A stretch of DNA of 64,000 nucleotides, from assembly GCF_036321535.1 (NCBI RefSeq), contig NC_087455.1, positions 310,001 to 374,000 of the forward strand, read 5' to 3'. Every line of letters begins with the position of its first letter. Position 1 is the first letter of the stretch. The position numbers were made by a program, and so were the translations under genes. Positions 1-12,070 of the stretch are shown here, piece by piece. The stretch comes from Camelus dromedarius (taxonomy: Eukaryota). The notes below the pieces were generated by a model. It was not told the origin of the DNA. It did no database searches and saw only the letters and a list, made by a program, of their open reading frames with translations.

Positions 1-2242
1 CACAGCTCAGCTTGCCCACCAGGAGTCCACACTCTCATGTGGCCAGACCCTGTGGCCATCTAGATAGTGATGCAGCCTTCCTCTGGCCAGACTTGTACTC
101 AAGGATCTCAGTTATCCCTGGAAGGGGACTGTCCTGGGCCAGATCAAATCAGGTCAGGTCCCTGCTGCTCCAAGACCCTAGCATACCTGGGGACTTGCTT
201 TACAGGTCCGACCTGCCCTGGACTTTGCCTGTGCTCCAGCTATCCCCTCTGGGAGCCTGACCTCAGAGGCTCCCTGGGGACAGGACAGAGGACCAGCAAA
301 GCCCAGGAAAGAGCTTTCCAGGCAGCATTCTGCTCTGGGCAGCCTGCCCCCAGCTGGCCACCTGTGCAGATAGCTGGGGCCAGAGCAGTCATGAGCTGTC
401 CAGACCTCCAGCCCGGATTCCCCAAGTCCTGCCCTTGCCTCGGAGACACAACTTCCCCATTGAGACAGGCAGGAGGCCAGTGCAGGCACCCTGCCAATTC
501 CCCATCTATGAGGATGGGGGTAGGTCCCAGACCACACCCAGGGCACACAGAGCCTTCACGCTCTTCCCTGCTGGCCACTTACGGCTCCCTCGCATTCCCC
601 CTGAGGGAGCTGGCATCCCCTCCAGCCTGCACGTGGGGGCCTTCATCTCTCTGGAGTAAGGCTCTGGAGCTGCCTGAATGGTCCACCCCAAAAGACCACA
701 AGGAAGGAGCAAGGCACACAGCGTTCTGCTCAGCGACACCCCTCCCTGTCTCCAGCCATGGGAGGGGAAGGGGACCCAGAGAGAACACCCTCCTACCCTG
801 TCCAAGAGGGAGGAAGCCCCCCGCTGCCAGGCTAAGGCTGCCAAGCAGAGTGGGCTCACAGGGTCTCAGGGACCAGTTTTACTTCTCCGAGACAGACGCC
901 AACATCAGAGCCACAGTCTGATTTTGTTGTGTTTAAGAAGCTTTAGGAAACATCCTCCCTCTCGACATTTTATGGAAGAAAAGAGATCCTGATGCCCAAG
1001 TCCTATAGAAAACAACCTAGAATAACCAGCTTTTCAAATTGAATAGATGTTGTGTTGTGGTTTTCTCATTTTGAAGAACATCCATGAAAAGTCACCCTGG
1101 GGCACCCTCTGGACAGCCTCAATCCACCCCGCGCCGGCCTGAGTCCACGGGCACAGGCTCCAGCTACAGAGCTGCTCCCTGCGGCCTCCAATGCCCTGGC
1201 AGCACAGACAGCAGACCCTGCTGGGCTACAGCAGCTCAGACGGGGCCTCAGCCCCCTACCCTGGGTTCCACCTTCCTGAAGCCCTGGGTTCTCTCTGGGC
1301 CCCCTCAGCGGCATTCCCTGCTGGAAGTTGCCTGAGGGCGGTCTCTGTGTGACCTTGGGCAGGTCCTTGGGCCACTGGACTGCCTCCTCCGAGAGACAGG
1401 TGACCCCAGGGAGTCCCAGGACCCCACTCAGTGGGCATCCCATCCCGGGACAGTCTCCACAAGTGGCACCTGGCACCCCCCAGGCCAAGCCATCAGCTCT
1501 CAAGCCCCAGACCCCCAGACTCTGCCCGCTGCCCCTCCCCGAGCCCCACTCAGCCGCTTCCTCCCAGCCATGCGGTCAGGCAACGCCCCCCAGAGCTGGG
1601 CGACTCACCCCTCAGCTGAGACACAAAGGCCAGGGCAGCTCAGCGGAGTCCCAGCAAATGACCACCGCATCACCCCCAGGCCCAGGGGGCTGAGCCAAGC
1701 GGCTGCCGCCTCCGTCTGCAGGGGCTGCCCCAAGCCTCCCTGGAATGTCAGACTGAGATAATCCGGGCGATTTTTCCAGTTCTCAGCTCCACTCCACGTG
1801 GTAGTGCAAGCCTGAGGTGGGAGGAGGCTTCTTGAAGGACCGCGGCCACCACCCCACATCCTCTCAGCCCACACCACCAAGCCAGCCCCAAAGACTGTGC
1901 TGGGAATACCACCCGACACCTGGCTGATGGGACCCCTAGGTGGCCAGACCCGGACTGGCCAGGGTATCTCGGCAGCCCCTCCTCCACAGGTCCCAGTCAC
2001 GATCCCCATTTTCAACACAGGGAGACCGAGGTCACGACTAAACCCAGGGTCCCCTGTTAACGACTCCACCACACAGCCTCGTGCCCTCTTCACGACATCT
2101 ATGTAAGAACCAGAGACAGTGCAGCAGGAGCCCAGAGCCTGTCGCCTTGCTCACCCAGAGACAAGGAGGCTGTGCCTTGTGCAGAGAGGACAGGAGAGGC
2201 GAGGCAGGGGTGTTAGAGAACGCCCAGCCCCGCGCCCGCTAC

Positions 2243-2453
2243 CTGTCAGGTTTGGGGACTTCACATCCCTGTTTTGCTCAAGGCTTGTCAGAGTGGGTTC
2301 CTGTAACTTTCAATCAAAAGAACTGGTTCCATCTGTGGCATCATGGGAATAGCCAAACCACCACTGCTGGTGACTCTGGGGAAAGTGTGTTGTAACAGAC
2401 CCACACATGGTGCCCGTCAGCAGCGAGCTCGTCCAGATGTCACAGGCCATGGC
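2243..2453 (-). other. Candidate internal 5'UTR exon of PPP1R16A (211 nt)
   Basis: Minus-strand acceptor gtgtctcag|GCCATGG at 2453 and donor ACAG|GTAGCG at 2243. The block is AT-richer than its flanks. The pyrimidine tract is weak. Confidence 0.35.
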
Positions 2454-3289
2454 CTGAGACACGTTGGCCAAAGCCATGACCCAAAGGTGTCCCTGCCTGG
2501 GTCCCAGGAGCATCACAGGTCCCCGGGGACAGCACCTGTGGCCAGGCCTCCAGGGACATGCCTGGCCTCATCCAAGGGCCAAGCCCAGCACCAGCCCACC
2601 TGGCTCACCTGGGGAGACTCCTGGTCCCGCCACCTGTCCGGCCCCGACCCCAGGCACCAGGGCCCCACAGCAGCCCCCCAGCAGATGGGGGCTGGATGTT
2701 GAGGGCACTGTCTGCCCAGCTGGCCTCTCCCACCAAAGGACAAGCTCACTGAGGACACATTCCTGCATGTCTCTCAGCCATAGGCCAGAATCTAGAGGAG
2801 GGCCCTAGGTCAGTCAATGCGGCCGAGTGGACGAGCTCAGGCCTGAGGTGCCCTGGGCCCGCACTGTCACCCTGTCCAGTCGGGGAAGGAGCCCTCAAAT
2901 GTGACAGGGGCAGCGCCAGGCCCGGAGGTGGCTGGGCCCCTGCCCTGGAGGACAGGACGTGGTTTACAACAGGCACTTGCCTGGCACAGGGTGGGGGCCA
3001 GGAGGGGACGAGGAGGACAGCCGGCCACTGAGAGAGCAGTCTGGGGAGCTGGCAGCAGATCAGGAGGGCTGAAGTGTGAGCAGCAGGGACAGTGAGGCCC
3101 AGGGGCTGAGCCAGCGGGCAGGGGCTACCTGCACTGGCAGGAGGAGCAGGCCATCACTGTGGCATGATGGGAGTACAGAGCAGCTCCCCCCAGGTGCACT
3201 CGCCTGCCCCCTGCAAGCATGTTCTGGATCGTTCTAGAAGCTAATCGCGCAGCGCCACCATCGGGCCCCTTGCTGCAGCAGCCCTTATG

Positions 3290-3520
3290 ACAAAAACACC
3301 GGACGTGACCTACGTGTCTGTCAAATGGTCATAAATAAGCCTCTGAGGGTTTATGAGGAAGCTTTCCAGGTACCACCGTGGCTAGGTCGCTAAGTAACTA
3401 TTCAGTGAAGAGAAAAACATACAAAATCTGTACATGATAAGCTACCTTTTGTGTAAAGAAGGAACAAAAAAGAATGCACATACACATCTATGTAAGAAAC
3501 ACAGGAGAGATGGGACAAGT
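3290..3520 (+). mobile_element. Degenerate L1M 3'-end fragment
   Basis: A-rich block resembling old L1 3'UTR sequence (gtgaagagaaaaacatacaaaatctgtacatgataagctaccttttgtgtaaa); recognised by eye only. Confidence 0.35.
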
Positions 3521-3540
3521 GATGAGAAGTGCCACTGGGA

Positions 3541-3660
3541 GCGCAGAGGGCAGGTAGGGGGCGCGGAGGGCAGGTGGGGGGCGTGGAGGGCAGGTGGGGG
3601 CCACAGAGGGCAGGTGGGGGCTGTGGAGGGCAGGTGGGGGGCTCGGAGGGCAGGTGGGCA
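3541..3660 (+). repeat. G-rich minisatellite, 6 x 20 bp
   Basis: Units gcgcagagggcaggtagggg / gcgcggagggcaggtggggg / gcgtggagggcaggtggggg / ccacagagggcaggtggggg / ctgtggagggcaggtggggg / gctcggagggcaggtgggca, exact 20-nt period. Confidence 0.92.
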
Positions 3661-5314
3661 GCACGAGCCCTGGGGGTTGCATGGTTTCCAAGCCGTGTGA
3701 AGGTAAACCTCTTTGAAACAATTCTAAGTGCTGTTCAGGGAGGGCAGGTGTGAGCACACCTGTTGGGTATCAGGTAGGGCCTTGCAAGGCAGAGACGTCG
3801 AGGGGACAGTGGAAGAACTGGCCTCTGCCCGAAAGGCCGTGGGAGCCACAGGGGCTCTCAAACGACTAAGGGTGTGCCCAGATCCAGGAACTAGGGGGCC
3901 TCACGGAGAGACACTGGGGCCCGCATGCCTACCCAGCAGGGGATGGACAGGAGAGGCCAAGAGTAAGAGGATGAGGGCTGGATAGGCTGTTGGATGCAAG
4001 GAAAGGGGCAGCAAGGGGCACACAGAGGAAGGAGGGCCCTCAGAAGTGGGACCGAGCCGTGTCTGAGGTAAGCAGGGGCCAGGAAGCCCAGAAGCGAGCA
4101 GTCAGCAGAGGTACAGACAGGAGAGCCAGAACGGCCACGCAGGGCCCCCGGGGAAAGCCTGCTTGAAAGGACGGCAGGTGGCCACCTGGAACCACAGAGC
4201 AGGACCCTGCCTCTCCTCACACCAAAATCAATTCCAGAAGTACCACAGACACAGCTGCAAGGAAAACAAGACCCAAGGAGTACGAGAAGGAGGCGGGCAG
4301 GAGCACCTGCGCAGCTGCAGCAGAGGGGGCCTTCTGAGCTTGACACGCAACCCAGAAACCAAAACCATCCGACTCATTAGATTCTTCAAACATCTGCACT
4401 GTAAAAACCAAAACAAAACCTACAAAATCAGAAGACAGATGGTCAACCGAGTAAAAACATTTACAACAAACACGACAAACAGGTCCTCATGTCAACTGTG
4501 ATGGCATTGAAAAGAGCAGAATCCCATTAAAAACACCCAGGCAGAGGCTCCCTGAAAGTTCACACATGCCAACGAGAAGCAGGACACGAGTGCGGACAGC
4601 ACATGGGGCTGGACCACAGAGACAGGATGCCAGCCCCCAAGAATGCCCATGAGGTGTCCACCACGGTGCAGAAGGCCTTAGACCCGCTATGTCAATAAAC
4701 TGCCCCGCCCCACACACCTCTGAACCGCGGAGTGCAGTGCTGACAGGTGAACTTCCAGGTGGGACCGCGGCCATGCTCCGTGCTGCCTCACTGTCACCAT
4801 TCCCAGGTGTGGGGCTCTAAGTTTTCTGCCTTTTGCTGAGCAGCAGTCCACTACATGCCTGTACCCTCACTTACATAGCCTGCCACCTGAGGGACGGGGG
4901 CAGTGGGCGTGGGCCTGTGAAAGAGGCTGCTGTGAATGCCCTGTACGCAGACCCTGCTGCACAGCAGGCTACACAACGTGACTCGATGGATGGCACAGCT
5001 GCTTCCAAGCGCTGCACCAATTTATACTCCCATCAGCGAGGGAGAAACATCCCAGCTGCTTTACAGATGACATATTCTCTCTGTCAGTCTGGTGCACGGG
5101 CAGTGGTATCTTCCCACATTCAATGTGCAGTTCTCTGGGCATTAACTGGGTGAGATATCTTTCCAAAGACAAGTCTCCTATATTCTCTTCTAAAAGCAGG
5201 AGAGTTTGTGCCCCACTCAGGTCTGCAGTCCACTAGGGGTTGATGTTTGTAGACAAAGTAAGGATCTGTGCTGGTTTTAAAATATGCCCGTGAAGTACTT
5301 GATACATCTCCCTT

Positions 5315-5700
5315 CAGAAGGTGGGGCCTGACTCCCCTCCCCTTGAATGTGGACTGCACTGAGTGACTGGCTTACGATGAACAGAGTACGACAGAGCACA
5401 CAGCATGTGCCGCCCAAGGTGAGGGTGTGAGGGGCACTGCAACTTCCTCCTAGCTTTCTTTTCGGTCCTTCACACTGGGGAAGCCAGCCCGTGTCATGAG
5501 GACTCGAGCCGGGCCCCGGGGCTGGTGAGGGAGCCCCCTCGAAAGCAGACCCTCCTGCCAGGGGAACCTGCAGCAGGTGCATGAGTCCCGGACAGGGCAT
5601 CAGCCAGGCTGCACCCGGAGCCCGACTCGCAGAGACTGCGAGATTACAAATCGGTTTCAAGCCACTGTATCTAGGGGGCAGTGTGTTGCCAGTCAGTATA
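5315..5700 (+). mobile_element. MaLR solo LTR (MLT1E/F/G-like), degenerate
   Basis: cctccccttgaatgtggactg...ggggaagccagcc...gactcgcagagactgcgagattacaaat...tttcaagccactgtatctagggg follows the MLT1 consensus layout. Confidence 0.6.
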
Positions 5701-7164
5701 CGTCTAGTACAGGCCCCAGGTTCCTTCCTCGGCCACGTCTATACCCAGCTGCCCCAGCGCCGTTACGTAAAAGCGGCTTCTCCCCACTGCTCTGCAGTGC
5801 CACCCTGGCAGTAAATTAGTTCCTACAAATATGCAGGCTTCGTAGCACGTCTCCCCTCTGGCGCCCCAGCCCTCTTTGGGGGCAGGGGTGCTGGCTGGCC
5901 TACTCCCTCTGGGCTTCTGGTCTCAGCTTCCTTTCTGACCCTAACGTGAGGTCTATGTCCTTTCTCGTGGGTCTCAATTCGCACCACGCTTCCTCAGCAG
6001 AATGCTCAGCAGCAGAACCGCGCGAACCTGGAGCTACTCTGTGGCTGGGACACAGGAGTGAGCTTCATCCGGCTCAGGTGCACTTGCCCGGCCAAGGCTC
6101 CTGGGAGGGGGCCCGTGTGGACCACTCCACGCGGGGGAGGGGCCTCCCCCCAAATCAGGGAGGTTCCAAATCTCCCTCCTCCATTTCCTTCCCCTTGCCA
6201 CCCAGCTCTGAAATAAATCTACTAACTAACTCACAGCAACGTGTCAGAAACCTCACTGGCCAAATGAAAGAAGTCGGCAGCTGAAGGTATCTGCATTTGA
6301 AAAGAGACTCCTGGGGAACTGAAGACAAAAGCCGGCCCTTAGCCAGGAGGGGGAAGGGCCGGGGCTTCCTTCCCGGAGGCAGGGCCACAGGCTGCAGCCA
6401 GCACTTTAGCCTGGTGCTCCGATGGGCCACAACCCCACTGCGTAGATCTGGAAATTAAGGTCCGTCAAGTACAGCAGTGTCCAAACAAAACCACAAAACT
6501 GGGCTTTGGAGGGGCCAGCGTGGTAACCCTGGGTCGGCTCTGCCTCAAAACTTCCCCACAAGGACGTGGGGCCTGGGGGCGGGCAGTGCTAAGGGCTCTG
6601 AGGGCCAGGATGCTGCCAGGAGCACAGGGCCCCAGAGCTCTGGAAGGAAGAGGCACTTAGGCTACGCAGCCTTAGAAGAAGAGCTGTATGGGTCTAGACG
6701 GCCAACTGAGTACATGTGTCCCCACACTGAGACCCCCACAAACCTAGGGGCACCCAGAAGAGAGTTTATGAACAGTTTACACACTCCTGCAGGCTGATGG
6801 AAGCAGGGCGGGAGCCCCAGGGCAGAGGAGGCCTGCACAGGAGGCGTCCAAGGAATGACCCGAGGCCAGAGACACTCCAACATATGAAAAAGGGGACTTC
6901 TTCACATGTGACACACAACGCAGCAAAGTCCCCGTGATCCAGAAGCCAGATCAGAACACTATTCCTCTAAGGGTACAAGGCCACTGGGGCCACTGGTGAG
7001 ACACAGTCTGTGCACACAGCCCGGCTCTGCAGACAGAAAGGCTGACATCTTTCCCAACTGCCACACTGCAGGACAGTGACAGAGGCACAGAACAGAATGT
7101 GACTCTGTCAACACGCAGGCGTAAGAATCAAGGCCTGCGCCACAGAATTGAACACTGGGGCTCA

Positions 7165-7521
7165 GATATTTATCACCATTGTCACAGCAGCATTAGTCAC
7201 AATAGCTGAAAAGCAAAAACAACTCAAATGTCCATCGACAGATGAATAAATAAACAGTGGCAGATACATACAGTGGAATATTCAGCCACAACAAGGAATG
7301 AAATCCTGATAAGTGCTACAAACGTATGATTTCCCCTTACATGAGGCACCTAGAATAGGTAAATTCAGAGAAAACAGAATGCTGGTTGCCAGGGGCTGGG
7401 GGAGGGGATAAGGAAGAAGTGTTGAATGGACAGTTTCTGCTTCAGGTGATTAAAAATTTCTGGAAATAGAAAGTGATGATAGTTGTGCAACACTCTAAAT
7501 GTATTTAACGCTAAAAAAAAA
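7165..7521 (+). mobile_element. L1M 3' end (ORF2 tail and 3'UTR) ending in an A-run
   Basis: cagcattagtcacaatagctgaaaag..caactcaaatgtccatcgacagatgaataaataaac and tggttgccaggggctggggg are typical L1MB/L1MC 3' motifs; A9 at about 7513. Confidence 0.75.
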
Positions 7522-8157
7522 TTAATTCAACAAGACAGACCACATGCTGAAACGTAACACAAGATACAATAATTTTACAAGGAATGGAAGCACAGAGAAT
7601 GCTCACTGACCATAGTGGAATTAAACTAGAAGACATCTGGAAAAACTCCCAAATATTGGGAAACTCTGAAGCATACTTCTAAGTAATCCACAGGCTAAGG
7701 AAGGAATCAAAATGGAAGTCAGAACCTATTTTAATCTGAATGATCATGAAAACATAACAAATACGTGAGATACAGTCACAGCAGGGCTTTGAGGGAAACT
7801 CTACCTTTGAATGCTTACTGTAACAAGAAAGGTCAAATCAACGGACCAAAGCTTCCAACTTAGTAAGAAGCTAGAAAAAGAGGAGAAAACTCAACCCAAA
7901 GGAAGTAGAAGGAAAGACTAATAAAGACAAGAACTAATGAAATAGACAACCGAGAAAAACACTGCAACTGAAAGCTGTTCCTTTGAAAATATCGATAAAA
8001 TCAATAAAAACTCTCACTAAACAGACCAAGAGAAGCCAAAAACTACCAATTTCATGAAAGAAAAATGGGGACTTCACTACAGATCCAACAGACAATGAAA
8101 AGGATAAAAATGGGAATGTTCTGAACAATTTATGATAATAAACTTAACAACTTAGGT

Positions 8158-8368
8158 CGGGGTGGACAAAATATAGCCCATGGACCAGATCAGCCCACCG
8201 TCTGTTTTTGCAAGTAAAGTTTAATTAGGAGACAGACACGCTCACTTGTTCATGCAGCATCTATGACTGTTTTGCTACAGTAAGAGTTAAGTGGCTACAA
8301 CAGAGACCACGTGAAAAGCCTAAAGTATGTCCTATTTGGCCCTCTATAGAAAAAAGTTGCCATGCTTG
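8158..8368 (+). mobile_element. MER58A (hAT-Charlie MITE) inserted in L1
   Basis: Matches recalled MER58A (..gcccaccgtctgtttttgcaagtaaagtttt..cagagacc..aaagcctaaa..tttggccctctatagaaaaaagttgcc); degenerate target duplication acttaggt / acttatga. Confidence 0.8.
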
Positions 8369-9364
8369 ACTTATGATGAATGGGCAAATTACCCAAATGA
8401 AGCAAATTATCAAAATGGGCTCAAGAAGAAATAGAAAATCTGAACAGTGGTGTATCTATTGGACGAATTAAATCTGCCCTTAAAATTTTTCCCACAAAGA
8501 AACTCCAAGCCCAGATGGCTCTAGTGGCAAATTTTATCAGGCTCTTTGAAGACGAAGTAATACAGAATCTACAAAATGCTTTCTGACAACAGAAGAGAAA
8601 GAAACACATCACAGCTCCTTTTGTGAGACCAGTATTACCCTGACTCCAAAACCAAAGACATGACAAGAATACTACAGACTGATCTCTTCATGAACAGCTG
8701 CAAAAATCCTTTCTAAAATGTTACCCAATTGAATCCAGCAATATATAAGAAGGCTACTACATCTGACCAGGTGGGGTTTATTCCAGGAGTGAAAGATTGG
8801 CTTAAGATTTTAAAAATCAACATAGTTTACTATTTTAAAAAATACAATCAAATCAATAGAAACAGGAAAAGCATTTGGGAAAATTCAAAAATCCACTCAT
8901 GGTTTTTAAAAAATTAGAAAACTAGGAATAGAAGGAAAATTCCTCAACCTGATAAAGGGCATCTCCAGAAACCTAGTTAAACCCTGCCTAACAGTGAACA
9001 ATTGAACACTTTCTCCCTAGGACTGGCAGCAAGACAAGGATAGCTACTCTCACCACTCCTGCTGGACACTGTACTCAAGTCCTAGCCAGTGCACGAAGGC
9101 AAGAAACAAAAAGCACACAGATTAGAAAGGAAGATGTAAACCTCTTTAGCTGCAGAAGGCATATAGCAAAATACGTAGAAGATACGTAGAAAGTCTTTTA
9201 AAATCTGTATTAGGGTGACTAGAATAAAAAGGTATATTTAGCAAGGTTCTGGCTACAAGGACATGTCAAAGTCGAATTTATGTCTGCACTGGCAACAAAT
9301 GACTGGAAAATGTAAAATGTTAAATATGTCATTTACAAAATTAGTATCACAAAACATGGAATAC

Positions 9365-9827
9365 TGTGACACCCCCTTCAAATGACAGAGTCTGACCTCT
9401 TCCGCTTGAATGTGGGTTGGACTTAGTTCCTCACTTCTGACACAATGAAGATGCACAGCTTCAGGGACCAGGGCCCAAAAGGCACGGCAGCCTCTCTCGT
9501 TTGTGCTCTGGGACCTTGGCCCTGAGGACACTGGCTCTGGTGCTGACATAAGGAGTCTAGTAGAGGGCCACGGGTGGGGACCGCGTCCTCCCGAGGACAG
9601 CCGTGGGAGGGTGCCCCAGCAAGCCCACCCCACAGCCCAGCCCAGCCCTCAAATGACCAGCCTGGCTGATCGTCCCAACTGCAACCACAGGAGACCCTGA
9701 ACCAGAACACCCCAGCTAAGCCATTTTAAATTCCTGACCTACAGCAGCTATGAGATAGTAAACATATATTGTTTTAATACAGTATATTTTAGGGTAATCG
9801 GTTATATACCAATACGTAATTAATACA
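9365..9827 (+). mobile_element. MaLR solo LTR (MLT1F-like) inserted in L1
   Basis: ccgcttgaatgtgggttggactt...actgcaaccacaggagaccctgaaccagaacaccccagctaagcc...ttttagggtaat..taattaataca, the canonical MLT1 3' end; L1 resumes immediately afterwards. Confidence 0.8.
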
Positions 9828-11449
9828 GAGACCTAAATAAACGAAGAAATAGGTACCATGCTCTATATACTGTCCAAATGTCAGTTCTCCTCCAGATATA
9901 TCTGTAGCTTTAATACAATTGCAATCAAAATGCCAGTAAGCCTTTTTGGACAAACTGACAAGCTAATTCTAAAATTTTGATAGAACTGCATAGTATCTTG
10001 AAGAGCCAAAAATGATCTGAAAAAGAAACATCAAGTTGGAGAATTAACACTACTCGATATCAAGCCTCCTTATAAAGCTACAATAGTCAAACCTGTGGGA
10101 TCCTAGCAAGATCAACAAACAGACTAGAGAATCCAGAAACACCCCACACATACTGTCATGATTTTCAACAAGGGTGTTAGGTAATACAATGGGAGGAGGC
10201 TCGTCTTCAAAAACGGGCGTTGGAATGACTGGGTATCCATGGAAAACAATGAACAATGACCCTTGACCTCTACTCACACCATGAAAGCGCACAAACCATG
10301 AAGAAAAAAAAACTGGCAAACTGGACTTCATTAAAAGTGAAAGTGTCTGCTGCTCAAGACACTGGTAAGAAAAAAGTCAAGCCACAGACTGTGATAACGT
10401 ATTTGCAACATGTTTATCTAGCCTAGGACTTGCATCCTGAGTATATTAAGAATTCTGAAAGCTGAGAAGACGAACAATCCATTTTTCAAGGGGAAAAGAT
10501 TTGGACACTTCACAAAAGATAAACAAATGGCCACTACAATAAGCACACGGAAAGATGTTCAACACCAGGCGCCAGTGAGGAAAGGCCAATCAGGGCACAA
10601 GGAGTGCGAGCGTGCACCCCAAGAATGGCTAAACTGTAAAAGGGCACCAGGAGAATGCGGGGCGCCTGGGAACGAGCAGCGGTACGACCACCTTGGAGAA
10701 GAGTCTGGCCCTTTCTTACCAAGTTACACACACACAACTTCACACACACCCAGCATTTCTACCATCTCAACCCAAGGGAAATAAAGCACATGTCCACACA
10801 AAACCTTGTAGACAAGAATGTTCACAGCAGTTTCATTCACAACAGCCCCAAGAGGGAAAGAATGGAAGTGTCCATCCGCAGGTAGGTGCACAGATGAAAC
10901 AGTGGTGTGTCTACACAGCAGAATACCAGACCATTCAGCAAGAAACAGAGTAAACTACACAGACAAGCAGCAATCTGAATGTCCAAAATGGTGTGTCTGG
11001 CCAAAGAGCCAGACACAAAAGTGTTCATTTCATGATTCCATTTATGTGAAATTCTGAAAAAAGGGACGATGAATCTGTAGAAACAGAAAGCCACTCAGTG
11101 ATTGCCTGGGGCCAGGAGGAGGGAGGGCAGACCACAAAGAGGGATGAGAGAACATTTGGGGCGACACAAATGTTCCACGTGTAGATCATGGTAGCGTTTA
11201 CAGGGTGTACATATACATCTAGCAAAACCCACTGAATTATTTCATACAGGTACATTTTATTGCATGTAAATTATGCCTCAATAAAGTTTGATGTAAAAAA
11301 ATAAAAATATACAACAGCAGTTTCACCCGGGCCTCTAAACCCTGCCTGGCCGGCCCCTCCCACCCGTCTCCACACTTCCCACTCAGCACCAGCCTGCTCC
11401 CTGCCCCAGCCCTTGGCACCTGGGCTCCACACTGCAGTGGCTGGGATCA

Positions 11450-11572
11450 GTCAAGTTCCTCGACCTCTTTTCAATCAGTTTCCACATCTGTAAATGGAAC
11501 AGCGGTGCCCTCTTTATAAGGTTCTTGTAAGGATCCAGTGAGTTAACACACACGCATCTTTGGTGTTTGGCA
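11450..11572 (+). mobile_element. MIR SINE fragment
   Basis: tcagtttccacatctgtaaatgg...ggttcttgtaaggatccagtgagttaa...tttggcaca matches the MIR core and 3' part. Confidence 0.7.
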
Positions 11573-11854
11573 CAGGGGTTGGCAGGGTATGCCCACTGTC
11601 TGCTTCTGTGGGTCACGAGCTAAAAATGGCTTTTACCTTTTTAATGATTGAAAAAATAAAAACAATATTTTGTGACACATGAAAATTGTATGAAATTCAA
11701 ATTTCTGGGTCTATCCATAGTTTTGTTGAAACAACACATTCACTGACGCCCTGTCTGCAGCTGCTTTTCCACAAGTTGGCAGAACAGAGACTATGTGGCC
11801 ACAAAGCCCAAAATACTTACTCCCAGCCCATCTCAGACACACTCTGCCATCCTG
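11573..11854 (+). mobile_element. MER58B (hAT-Charlie MITE)
   Basis: CAGGGGTTGGCA start, gagctaaaaatggcttttac..tgtgacacatgaaaattgtatgaaattcaaatttc internal block, ccatcctg end. Confidence 0.8.
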
Positions 11855-11889
11855 ATCTGCCACCTTCATCATCACTCCCACTGTGCATG

Positions 11890-12070
11890 AGCTGCTTCTT
11901 TGGTCTGGAAAGTTCTTCCACCAGATCTCAGGCTAGCTCTTCCCTTCTTGTCACTGAGATCTCAACTTAAACATTACCTCCTGAGAAGTCTTCTGCAGCT
12001 ACCTTGTCACTCTCCTGTCTCTTCACCCTACTTTCATTTTTGACCCTATTGACTGTTTTCTTCCCTGAAC
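11890..12070 (+). mobile_element. L2 3' fragment
   Basis: ctggaaagttcttccaccagatc..caacttaaacattacctcctgagaagtcttct resembles the L2a 3' end. Confidence 0.5.

Larger units (their letters stand above)
7530..11310 (+). mobile_element. 5'-truncated ancient L1M (ORF2 to 3'UTR; L1MC/L1MD-like), interrupted by MER58A and MLT1
   Basis: Continuous L1 ORF2 landmarks (gaccatagtggaattaaactagaa; ccagatggc; ccagtattaccctgactccaaaacc; tcctcaacctgataaagggcatct; ataaagctacaatagtcaaa) ending in tgtaaattatgcctcaataaag. No intact ORF. Confidence 0.85.

Noticed and set aside
67-921. 284-aa + strand ORF
   Set aside because: No recognisable domain, Pro/Gly/Ser/Cys-rich composition typical of GC-rich non-coding DNA, antisense within a PPP1R16A intron, no promoter context.
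3541-3660. Regularly spaced repeats as a possible CRISPR-like array (also 26521-26610 and 57703-57803)
   Set aside because: Mammalian DNA, units are contiguous without unique spacers, and there are no cas genes; these are ordinary tandem repeats.
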